A stretch of DNA of 64,000 nucleotides from Eutreptiella sp. 'Long Island Sound 2002' (taxonomy: Eukaryota > Protista > Euglenida). Of the stretch, positions 26,201 to 38,200 are shown piece by piece. Every line of letters starts with the position of its first letter. The first letter of the stretch is position 1. Under the pieces are notes generated by a model. It had not been told where the DNA came from and searched no databases. It saw only the letters and a program-made list of their open reading frames with translations. The DNA lies in the NCBI GenBank assembly GCA_964036045.1, contig OZ038378.1, positions 155,124,001 to 155,188,000 on the forward strand, written 5' to 3'. A program made the position numbers and the translations under genes.

Positions 26201-29200
26201 CCTCAGACACACAAGGGCACATACACACAGGCACGGCGGCATCTCCCGCCCGCGAGCGCGACCGCGGGGTCTGGGGGCGGTCAAGAGTCCGGTAGGCCTT
26301 GTGACCGGACACCCGGGTACGGCCGCCCAGTTGGGTCCCGCAGGGAAGGCGGCGCGGACCATGGGTAGGCGACCAGGAGAGGCCTTGACCCAACCCAACC
26401 CAACCTAACCCCCCCATGTCTAGTGAACAATAAAGTCCTCAGGAAATACAGTCCGAACAAGAGTGTTCGTTGGACACGCCATTCGGTGCGTAATTAATTC
26501 AGTACCTAAACCCCAGGACCTCATTAATCAGGTCCCAAAAAAAATATGGTCCAAACGGAAGTGTTCATTGGACAAGGCATTCGTTAGACACGGGGGGCGG
26601 GGGGTAGGACTCAGGGGGGCAGTCCGATAGACAGGAGGCTGAACGATGTCCGTTCCAGCGAATCCCGTGTGGGCGGTGCGAGGCTCAGAGAAAAAAGAGG
26701 GCTCGTCCGGCAGGGCCCGAGGAAACCCGGCCTCTGGGGCACAAACATTTTACCCTCCAATGCATTGGTCTGCGGTGGAAAGCAACTGGACTGGAGACCA
26801 AGGAATCCCGCGGGCCCAGGGGATGCCATGCTTGGCCAACTCGGCCCATCACTAGCAGGACCTTGCCCAACGCAAGCAAGCGAGAGACATTGCCGTGCCT
26901 GTGTGCGTCCTGGGAAGGGTGAACAATCATCTTGCAGGGTACCGCTGGGTGCCGCTCCCCTTCCTCTCACCCGTGACGCCAGCATGGTGGGGTTTTGGCT
27001 GTGGCTGGGGGGTATGTTGGCACGCCTGCTCACTCCATGGTTGATTGTCGTTGGGGTTGTGTGTGTCGGGTCCCCCTGGCGATGGGGCAGGGACCGCCAC
27101 GGGACAATGGGTCGGGTAGGCTACGGGCTCCAGCCGCTGAGTGGGCGTGGTGCCTCCTTACTACACCCCTAAGGGCCGTGGGTTGGCTTCCAAGAAGGGC
27201 AAGCTGGCTGAGGGCACACCTTGACTGACTCCTGAGGGGTCACAGGTAATGGCTCCCAGTGGCAGTGCTTCCATTCTCCCAGGTAGACAGCATGCTGCCG
27301 CCCCCCATACTGCACCCCTGAGGGCCATGGGCTCGCTGCCAGGGCTGGGCTGGCTTCTAGGAAGGACAAGCTGGCCGAGGGCACTCCTTGATTGATCCCT
27401 GTGGGGTCACAGGCAGGCTTTGCTACCATACTCCGAGGCGCGCAGCATTGCTAGAGGTCCTCAGGACATGCTTAGCACTGCCTTGTCCCTAGGACACCGA
27501 CACTAGAGGCCTGTAGCGCAGTGACGTCCTCTAGTGGGGGCACCCTGAGGGTGGGGTTGGGGTAAATTGCTCAAGGGCCCGTGTTCAACACCCCCTGCTC
27601 CCCCGGCGCTGCAGCGCCCCCTCCTTGCAATTAAAATCATTCAACTGAAATTGCCTCTCCCCTAAGATCCAATGGACTTTGGCGCTGAGGATTGGGGATC
27701 CGCAATCCATGGATCCAAAGGGCCCATATGCCCTCAAGAAGTTCCTCAGGCAGAAGCACCCCTGGGTCCATTTAATATGAGAAAACATGGCTCTGATACG
27801 CGGGAAGCCCACCGGCACCCTCCAGTGGACATTTTGGGGAAATACACAAATTTTAAATTTCTTATCCTGAGGGAACAAAGCTAATTTTTTTCACAGTGAA
27901 ACAAGATTCTGGAAAAGAACAACCGGTCAACATGGCAAGCCGCAATCACTTTCGGAACACGGGGCTGGCAATCCAGAGTCCCTATTACCTGGTCGATTTC
28001 CTGTACCAATCAGCCCATCAGGAGTGCTTCTTTCGATTGCCACTGAGGCACAATGTGACTGTGATCGATGCAGGTCCGCAGGCACCAGCAGAGCTGATTC
28101 ATGGGATTTTCAAAAGAGGGGGCGAACACATTTGTATCGCCATAATTCACATTGCCTTTGGAAGTGTAATTCGGCCAAAATCACATGGGATCCCCGTGGA
28201 AAAGCACCTACACAGTGGCAGCGTAAGCACCGGTTGTTTGTGTGGGGCTCTGCGGAATCTCATGGCAATTGCTCACCACTTGAGAAATAGTCCATGCGGT
28301 GCATGAACTGCCGATTGGAGGGACTGCATCACCCGAGCGGCGGTGCAAAGGCTGCTGCTTGGGAAAGGGGAGGGCTGCGCTGCCCCTGTTCACTTAATGT
28401 GGTTCAGTTCATGGGTTTAAGTGGAAAACGGACGGGAAAAATTCATTATGAGTTACACTGTGCCCTCACATTTTCTCATGCCAGCCCACAACACTCAGTT
28501 GTTGGCTGGCACTGACAGGGGCATCCATTACAGAGCACTGTCTGCCCAACTCCTTCATAAGATGTATCAGAGGCAATTTGAAAACCTACGAGCCACTCCT
28601 GAAGGCAATCCAAATGTGCACAGCGTCCGGGGTACCAGGCTGCGACGTCACTCTTCATGCATCTTCGGAGAAGGGGAGCATGACCATGATCGTACAACCG
28701 TGTGGCAAGCAGGAACTGGCACAAACGGACCCCCACAAAAACTAAACCAGACACGAACAGACCCCCTCCCTGCAAAAGTATAATTGACGCAAACCGACGG
28801 ACACCCACGGCAGTAAACATGCTTGTGGGCAAAAAAAACATCATTTTTGAGCCTGTCGGAGACAGGACACGTCTTTGGTCACTTCCATTTGCCCCAAGTG
28901 CCGGCAAGAGAGGTGTCCTGATGTTGACGAGTGTTCTTGTTTGGAAGAGGTTGAATAGGGAAAGCCCTTTAGAAGCCTTGCCCAAAGTACCAGAGAGTGA
29001 GGCAGTGTGGCAGACAGCGGCTAGGGACATCTGCGGCTTGACTGTGTACACCAGCCCATCGAGCGAGAGACCTTCCCCTCAGTCAGCCCCTTGGGCAAAT
29101 CCGAAAATGTTGGCGAGGAGTTCGAAAAGGTGCCACATTGTACGGGCTTCCCTTACGGACGGGAGATGCGGACCACAGACCTGTGTGTTGCTCTCATCCA

Positions 29201-32200
29201 CCGTTGCAGCGGTCGAGTCTGCCACTTGCTCCTTCAGTTGCTGGTTCTCCTGCACCAACTGGTCGAACGCGCCTTTCAATTCTTCGAGTTCACGGCACAG
29301 CGCCCGCTGCCTATCGTCTGATGCCGGTGCTTGGTCTTGCATCGTCTCCGAATCGGGACACAAAGCGTCCCTTTCTGCAGTCGATGGGTCCGAGCCAAAC
29401 TCTGGTCCCTAAAACAATGCAATACAATGCAATGCAGCAGCAGTAGTAGTAGGCCCAGTGCCTCATACCCTGTGCCAGCAGACCGATCACAAGCCCATGG
29501 CGAACACCATTGGAATGTTGCAAACCGGCCGGCGGCAAACGCTATCCAAAGAGAGAGGTAAAACAAAAGGGCTAGGCAGAGATGGATACAGCCTCACAAA
29601 CAAGACAGCGCCCAGCCACACATAGCCAGGGCAGGGGGGCGGGGTAGTGAAGGGGGGGGGCGAAGAAGGCTGAATGAGTTTGCCGGCTGGTACTTCCGGG
29701 TGAACGTACGTGTTCATGTGTTGAGGAGGGAATCCTCAACTCGTGGCCAGGTGGGTGGGTTGTCCGCCCATTGGATTGGGGTCGGAGAGGGCAGATCCGA
29801 AAAACTGCGGGAAATGGGGAGCCCGCATGGCTAACCACAACAGCCAGAAAGGATTGTAGGTGAGAGTGGGACAGGTGTCCCTCACAAACGCTCACAAATG
29901 CGGTGGACGCTCGCAGATTCAAACAATTGGAAACAAAAGTGATATTGCATCATCATGGCGTTTGAGCTTCCTTTGATCTTCGTTTGAGCTTCTTTGATCG
30001 GGGCAGAGATTTCAATCCATCATGAAGGACAACCGGGGGTGTGTGGCAGAATGTACAAATAGCTGAACCTATGCCCCTGGCAATGCACTAATAGACTGTG
30101 CCATTTGCACTCCGGACCCTTTGTTGAGTTCCTGTTGACCCGCAAAAGGGGAATCCAGTCAATTCGACTCCCTTTTGAGTGACGCCTGGTGCGCAAAACC
30201 TCGCCGCCAATTTGAAATTGAAGGTATTTCCACACAATTCACCTCGATCCCCACCTCCCCCGTCAAAACGGGGGGAGCCCTGCATGGGAAAACGATAAAT
30301 CATGTCTCAATGCTGTTGCTTTCCCCTCTGCAGCTGCACGTCCCACACACCTCCACAGGCTGCAGCATCGCCGCTCCACCCTCTCCCTTGTCACGCAGCT
30401 CTGCCGCCTCCTCCTCCAGCTCCTCAATCCTCGACTGCAACGTCTCCACTTGCTCACGCAGTCTCTCCGCCTCCTGCTCCACATCTGCTTCGCCCTCTTT
30501 GTCATCTGCAAAGAAATCCTTCGCCTCCGCCTTCTCCTTCAGATCCCGGATCTCGTCGCGCAGGCCTTGCACTAGAGCTTCGCTCTCGGTCTTCATCTCC
30601 TCCATGGCAGCCGTCAATCTGTCCACCTCCGTCTGCGCCTGCGCTGCAGCCAAATCATCTGCACCTTGTGCCCCCTGATGGACAAATCGGTGGAGTGCAC
30701 ACAAGGAACTGACTTGAAACCCGCACGGGTGTGGAGACTGGATGTCCCTTACACCCCAGACCCAGTGGAAATCCCGCCTCCATAGTGCCTGTTGTGCAGT
30801 TCAAAGCCTATCGGCCGCTTTCCTTGGTGAGCATGCCCATCAGGCAAGGTCCGCAGCCAATCAGTGCTGTCGGCCACTGTGCGGCACAGACACACAGACA
30901 CGCACGCTTGGAGGGTACTGAGGGCAAAATACCTGCTCCTGCACAGTGGCATCTGCTTCACGGCTTGCGTTCATCTGCTGTAACTCCTCCTTCAAAGCCT
31001 GCGTTTCACTTTGTGACGCATCCAAATCCTCCTTCAGCTTCATCACCGCACCCTTGGCCTTGTCCTTCACCTGAGAAAACGAATGTTCCGACTCCATGTG
31101 GATTGTGAAGCTCCGGTGCACAGAGGACATGGCTTCACATCCCGCACTTGTTGGCGTTCAATGCAAAACACATATGGGGCAATGCACCTCACGCTCAAGA
31201 GTGGGAGAAGAGCTTCGTCCTAGAATGGCCCCCATGCGGTGATATGCACTCCAAACGTCGCGAATGGCCCATAAATGCCCCTGGGGGCCAGCCAGGGCCC
31301 TTCTCAAAAAAACTAAAAAGACAGACCTGCAATAACATCACCAACAACAACGCCATGCACTGACGAATACCTGTTGAAGCCTCTCGTCGCTGGCCTGCAC
31401 TTGTTCAGTCAGTTGCCGCACACTGTCACGCAATGCGTCCCTTTCCGCGGCCAACTGCTCCGTCGACTCCTGAGCGGTAACGAAATGGTACAGAACAGCG
31501 AGCAAACTGCACACCAACACAGCCATGTCAATGGCCATACCCAACACGCCAGGCAGACTTCGGCATGACCTGCGTTGTCCGCGTGATTTGAAACAGGCTT
31601 ACTTCGCCCAATCCGCCAACACCCCAATCACGATGGAATGTCCTTCCCGAAGCAAAGCCCTGTCTTTTGAGAGCGGGGTGGATGTACGGACTGGAGGAGA
31701 CCACACCCCCTGTGCCTGTGGTCACCCCCCACACGCCTCGCACCCCCATGTATTGAATGATGGCGCACAGCAAGCTCCTCCTTCTGCGCCATGCGTATGT
31801 GGAGTCTCTACCTGACCAGGCACCTGGGCAAAGGCTTTCCCAAGTAGTTCCCGAATGTCAACCAACAATGTGCAAGAGTTCTGTGCCCAAGTACAACAGT
31901 TTCGGAAGCTCTTGGTGGATGGCATTGTTGGACACAGCAACTCTTTTGGGCATTCCGTCCCTCCTGTGCTTGTGCCCGCACTGATGCAGTCTGACCGGAC
32001 AGAACCTTCGGTCGGGGGCGGGGAATGCATGCCACTTCTCAACCTGCCATCAGAATACCCCCTTGCGATCCACAAACCACCCCCTCAACAACCCTCTAAT
32101 GATGTCAACGCACCGCAGCGTCTCACGCACTCCGCCGGGAAATACAACGTCGTTGAAACAAGAGCGTCCACATAGTGCACTGCATGCAGAACGATAAACC

Positions 32201-35200
32201 ATATTTCGATGATGTTGCTTTCCCCTCTGCAGCTGCACGTCCCACACACCTCCACAGGCTGCAGCATCACCGCTCCACCCTCTCCCTTGTCACGCAGCTC
32301 TGCCGCCTCCTCCTCCAGCTCCTCAATCCTTGACTGCAACGTCTCCACTTGCTCACGCAGTCTCTCCGCCTCCTGCTCCACGTCTGCTTCGCCCTCTTTG
32401 TCATCTGCAAAGAAATCCTTCGCCTCCGCCTTCTCCTTCAGATCCCGGATCTCGTCGCGCAGGCCTTGCACTAGGGCTTCGCTCTCGGTCTTCATCTCCT
32501 CCATGGTAGCCGTCAATCTGTCCACCTCCGTCTGCGCCTGCGCTGCAGCCAAATCATCTGCACCTTGTGCCCCCTGATGGACAAATCGGTGGAGTGCACA
32601 CAAGGAACTGACTTGAAACCCGCACGGGTGTGGAGACTGGATGTCCCTTACACCCCAGACCCAGTGGAAATCCCGCCTCCATAGTGCCTGTTGTGCAGTT
32701 CAAAGCCTATCGGCCGCTTTCCTTGGTGAGCATGCCCATCAGGCAAGGTCCACAGCCAATCAGTGCTGTCGGCCACTGTGCGGCACAGACACACAGACAC
32801 TCACGCTTGGAGGGTACTGAGGGCAAAATACCTGCTCCTGCACATTGGCATCTGCTTCACGGCTTGCGTTCATCTGCTGTAACTCCTCCTTCAAAGCCTG
32901 CGTTTCACTTTGTGACGCATCCAAATCCTCCTTCAGCTTCATCACCGCACCCTTGGCCTTGTCCTTCACCTGAGAAAACGAATGTTCCGACTCCATGTGG
33001 ATTGTGAAGCTCCGGTGCACAGAGGACATGGCTTCACATCCCGCACTTGCTGGCGTTCAATGCAAAACACATATGGGGCAATGCACCTCACGCTCAAGAG
33101 TGGGAGAAGAGCTTCGTCCTAGAATGGCCCCCATGCGGTGATATGCACTCCAAACGTCGCGAATGGCCCATAAATGCCCCTGGGGGCCAGCCAGGGCCCT
33201 TCTCAAAAAAACTAAAAAGACAGACCTGCAATAACATCACCAACAACAACGCCATGCACTGACGAATACCTGTTGAAGCCTCTCGTCGCTGGCCTGCACT
33301 TGTTCAGTCAGTTGCCGCACACTGTCACGCAATGCGTCCCTTTCCGCGGCCAACTGCTCCGTCGACTCCTGAGCGGTAACGAAATGGTACAGAACAGCGA
33401 GCAAACTGCACACCAACACAGCCATGTCAATGGCCATACCCAACACGCCAGGCAGACTTCGGCATGACCTGCGTTGTCCGCGTGATTTGAAACAGGCTTA
33501 CTTCGCCCAATCCGCCAACACCCCAATCACGATGGAATGTCCTTCCCGAAGCAAAGCCCTGTCTTTTGAGAGCGGGGTGGATGTACGGACTGGAGGAGAC
33601 CACACCCCCTGTGCCTGTGGTCACCCCCCACACGCCTCGCACCCCCATGTATTGAATGATGGCGCACAGCAAGCTCCTCCTTCTGCGCCATGCGTATGTG
33701 GAGTCTCTACCTGACCAGGCACCTGGGCAAAGGCTTTCCCAAGTAGTTCCCGAATGTCAACCAACAATGTGCAAGAGTTCTGTGCCCAAGTACAACAGTT
33801 TCGGAAGCTCTTGGTGGATGGCATTGTTGGACACAGCAACTCTTTTGGGCATTCCGTCCCTCCTGTGCTTGTGCCCGCACTGATGCAGTCTGACCGGACA
33901 GAACCTTCGGTCGGGGGCGGGGAATGCATGCCACTTCTCAACCTGCCATCAGAATACCCCCTTGCGATCCACAAACCACCCCCTCAACAACCCTCTAATG
34001 ATGTCAACGCACCGCAGCGTCTCACGCACTCCGCCGGGAAATACAACGTCGTTGAAACAAGAGCGTCCACATAGTGCACTGCATGCAGAACGATAAACCA
34101 TATTTCGATGATGTTGCTTTCCCCTCTGCAGCTGCACGTCCCACACACCTCCACAGGCTGCAGCATCACCGCTCCACCCTCTCCCTTGTCACGCAGCTCT
34201 GCCGCCTCCTCCTCCAGCTCCTCAATCCTTGACTGCAACGTCTCCACTTGCTCACGCAGTCTCTCCGCCTCCTGCTCCACGTCTGCTTCGCCCTCTTTGT
34301 CATCTGCAAAGAAATCCTTCGCCTCCGCCTTCTCCTTCAGATCCCGGATCTCGTCGCGCAGGCCTTGCACTAGGGCTTCGCTCTCGGTCTTCATCTCCTC
34401 CATGGTAGCCGTCAATCTGTCCACCTCCGTCTGCGCCTGCGCTGCAGCCAAATCATCTGCACCTTGTGCCCCCTGATGGACAAATCGGTGGAGTGCACAC
34501 AAGGAACTGACTTGAAACCCGCACGGGTGTGGAGACTGGATGTCCCTTACACCCCAGACCCAGTGGAAATCCCGCCTCCATAGTGCCTGTTGTGCAGTTC
34601 AAAGCCTATCGGCCGCTTTCCTTGGTGAGCATGCCCATCAGGCAAGGTCCACAGCCAATCAGTGCTGTCGGCCACTGTGCGGCACAGACACACAGACACT
34701 CACGCTTGGAGGGTACTGAGGGCAAAATACCTGCTCCTGCACATTGGCATCTGCTTCACGGCTTGCGTTCATCTGCTGTAACTCCTCCTTCAAAGCCTGC
34801 GTTTCACTTTGTGACGCATCCAAATCCTCCTTCAGCTTCATCACCGCACCCTTGGCCTTGTCCTTCACCTGAGAAAACGAATGTTCCGACTCCATGTGGA
34901 TTGTGAAGCTCCGGTGCACAGAGGACATGGCTTCACATCCCGCACTTGCTGGCGTTCAATGCAAAACACATATGGGGCAATGCACCTCACGCTCAAGAGT
35001 GGGAGAAGAGCTTCGTCCTAGAATGGCCCCCATGCGGTGATATGCACTCCAAACGTCGCGAATGGCCCATAAATGCCCCTGGGGGCCAGCCAGGGCCCTT
35101 CTCAAAAAAACTAAAAAGACAGACCTGCAATAACATCACCAACAACAACGCCATGCACTGACGAATACCTGTTGAAGCCTCTCGTCGCTGGCCTGCACTT

Positions 35201-38200
35201 GTTCAGTCAGTTGCCGCACACTGTCACGCAATGCGTCCCTTTCCGCGGCCAACTGCTCCGTCGACTCCTGAGCGGTAACGAAATGGTACAGAACAGCGAG
35301 CAAACTGCACACCAACACAGCCATGTCAATGGCCATACCCAACACGCCAGGCAGACTTCGGCATGACCTGCGTTGTCCGCGTGATTTGAAACAGGCTTAC
35401 TTCGCCCAATCCGCCAACACCCCAATCACGATGGAATGTCCTTCCCGATGCAAAGCCCTGTCTTTTGAGAGCGGGGTGGATGTACGGACTGGAGGAGACC
35501 ACATCCCCTGTGCCTGTGGTCACCCCCCACACGCCTCGCACCCCCATGTATTGAATGATGGCGCACAGCAAGCTCCTCCTTCTGCGCCATGCGTATGTGG
35601 AGTCTCTACCTGACCAGGCACCTGGGCAAAGGCTTTCCCAAGTAGTTCCCGAATGTCAACCAACAATGTGCAAGAGTTCTGTGCCCAAGTACAACAGTTT
35701 CGGAAGCTCTTGGTGGATGGCATTGTTGGACACAGCAACTCTTTTGGGCATTCCGTCCCTCCTGTGCTTGTGCCCGCACTGATGCAGTCTGACCGGACAG
35801 AACCTTCGGTCGGGGGCGGGGAATGCATGCCACTTCTCAACCTGCCATCAGAATACCCCCTTGCGATCCACAAACCACCCCCTCAACAACCCTCTAATGA
35901 TGTCAACGCACCGCAGCGTCTCACGCACTCCGCCGGGAAATACAACGTCGTTGAAACAAGAGCGTCCACATAGTGCACTGCATGCAGAACGATAAACCAT
36001 ATTTCGATGATGTTGCTTTCCCCTCTGCAGCTGCACGTCCCACACACCTCCACAGGCTGCAGCATCACCGCTCCACCCTCTCCCTTGTCACGCAGCTCTG
36101 CCGCCTCCTCCTCCAGCTCCTCAATCCTTGACTGCAACGTCTCCACTTGCTCACGCAGTCTCTCCGCCTCCTGCTCCACGTCTGCTTCGCCCTCTTTGTC
36201 ATCTGCAAAGAAATCCTTCGCCTCCGCCTTCTCCTTCAGATCCCGGATCTCGTCGCGCAGGCCTTGCACTAGGGCTTCGCTCTCGGTCTTCATCTCCTCC
36301 ATGGTAGCCGTCAATCTGTCCACCTCCGTCTGCGCCTGCGCTGCAGCCAAATCATCTGCACCTTGTGCCCCCTGATGGACAAATCGGTGGAGTGCACACA
36401 AGGAACTGACTTGAAACCCGCACGGGTGTGGAGACTGGATGTCCCTTACACCCCAGACCCAGTGGAAATCCCGCCTCCATAGTGCCTGTTGTGCAGTTCA
36501 AAGCCTATCGGCCGCTTTCCTTGGTGAGCATGCCCATCAGGCAAGGTCCACAGCCAATCAGTGCTGTCGGCCACTGTGCGGCACAGACACACAGACACTC
36601 ACGCTTGGAGGGTACTGAGGGCAAAATACCTGCTCCTGCACATTGGCATCTGCTTCACGGCTTGCGTTCATCTGCTGTAACTCCTCCTTCAAAGCCTGCG
36701 TTTCACTTTGTGACGCATCCAAATCCTCCTTCAGCTTCATCACCGCACCCTTGGCCTTGTCCTTCACCTGAGAAAACGAATGTTCCGACTCCATGTGGAT
36801 TGTGAAGCTCCGGTGCACAGAGGACATGGCTTCACATCCCGCACTTGCTGGCGTTCAATGCAAAACACATATGGGGCAATGCACCTCACGCTCAAGAGTG
36901 GGAGAAGAGCTTCGTCCTAGAATGGCCCCCATGCGGTGATATGCACTCCAAACGTCGCGAATGGCCCATAAATGCCCCTGGGGGCCAGCCAGGGCCCTTC
37001 TCAAAAAACTAAAAAGACAGGCCTGCAATAACATCACCAACAACAACGCCATGCACTGACGAATACCTGTTGAAGCCTCTCGTCGCTGGCCTGCACTTGT
37101 TCAGTCAGTTGCCGCACACTGTCACGCAATGCGTCCCTTTCCGTGGCCAACTGCTCCGTCGACTCCTGAGCGGTAACGAAATGGTACAGAACAGCGAGCA
37201 AACTGCACACCAACACAGCCATGTCAATGGCCATACCCAACACGCCAGGCAGACTTCGGCATGACCTGCGTTGTCCGCGTGATTTGAAACAGGCTTACTT
37301 CGCCCAATCCACCAACACCCCAATCACGATGGAATGTCCTTCCCGAAGCAAAGCCCTATCTTTTGAGAGCGGGGTGGATGTACGGACTGGAGTAGACCAC
37401 ATCCCCCGTGCCTGTGGTCACCCCCCACACGCCTCGCACCCCCATGTATTGAATGATGGCGCACAGCAAGCTCCTCCTTCTGCGCCATGCGTATGTGGAG
37501 TCTCTACCTGACCAGGCACCTGGGCAAAGGCTTTCCCAAGTAGTTCCCGAATGTCAACCAACAATGTGCAAGAGTTCTGTGCCCAAGTACAACAGTTTCG
37601 GAAACTCTTGGTGGATGGCATTGTTGGACACAGCAACTCTTTTGGGCATTCCGTCCCTCCTGTGCTTGTGCCCGCACTGATGCAGTCTGACCGGACAGAA
37701 CCTTCGGTCCGGGGCGGGGGATGTATGCCACTTCTCAACCTGCCATCAGAATACCCCCTTGCGATCCACAAACCACCCCCTCAACAACCCTCTAATGATG
37801 TCAACGCACCGCAGGGTCTCACGCACTCCGCCGGGAAATACAACGTCGTTGAAACAAGAGCGTCCACATAGTGCACTGCATGCAGAACGATAAACCTTGT
37901 TTCGATGCTGTTGCTTTCCCCTCTGCAGCTGCACGTCCCACACACCTCCACAGGCTGCAGCATCGCCGCTCCACCCTCTCCCTTGTCACGCAGCTCTGCC
38001 GCCTCCTCCTCCAGCTCCTCAATTCTCGACTGCAACGTCTCCACTTGCTCACGCAGTCTCTCCGCCTCCTGCTCCACGTCTGCTTCGCCCTCTTCATCAT
38101 CTGCAAAGAAATCCTTCGCCTCCGCCTTCTCCTTCAGATCCCGGATCTCGTCGCGCAGGCCTTGCACTAGGGCTTCGCTCTCGGTCTTCATCTCCTCCAT

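Noticed and set aside
31855-32175. 106-aa plus-strand ORF (MSTNNVQEF...) repeated in every array unit
   Set aside because: It is antisense within an intron, starts at GTG and has no recognisable domain. Its recurrence simply reflects the DNA duplication, and units 10-11 disrupt its 5' part.
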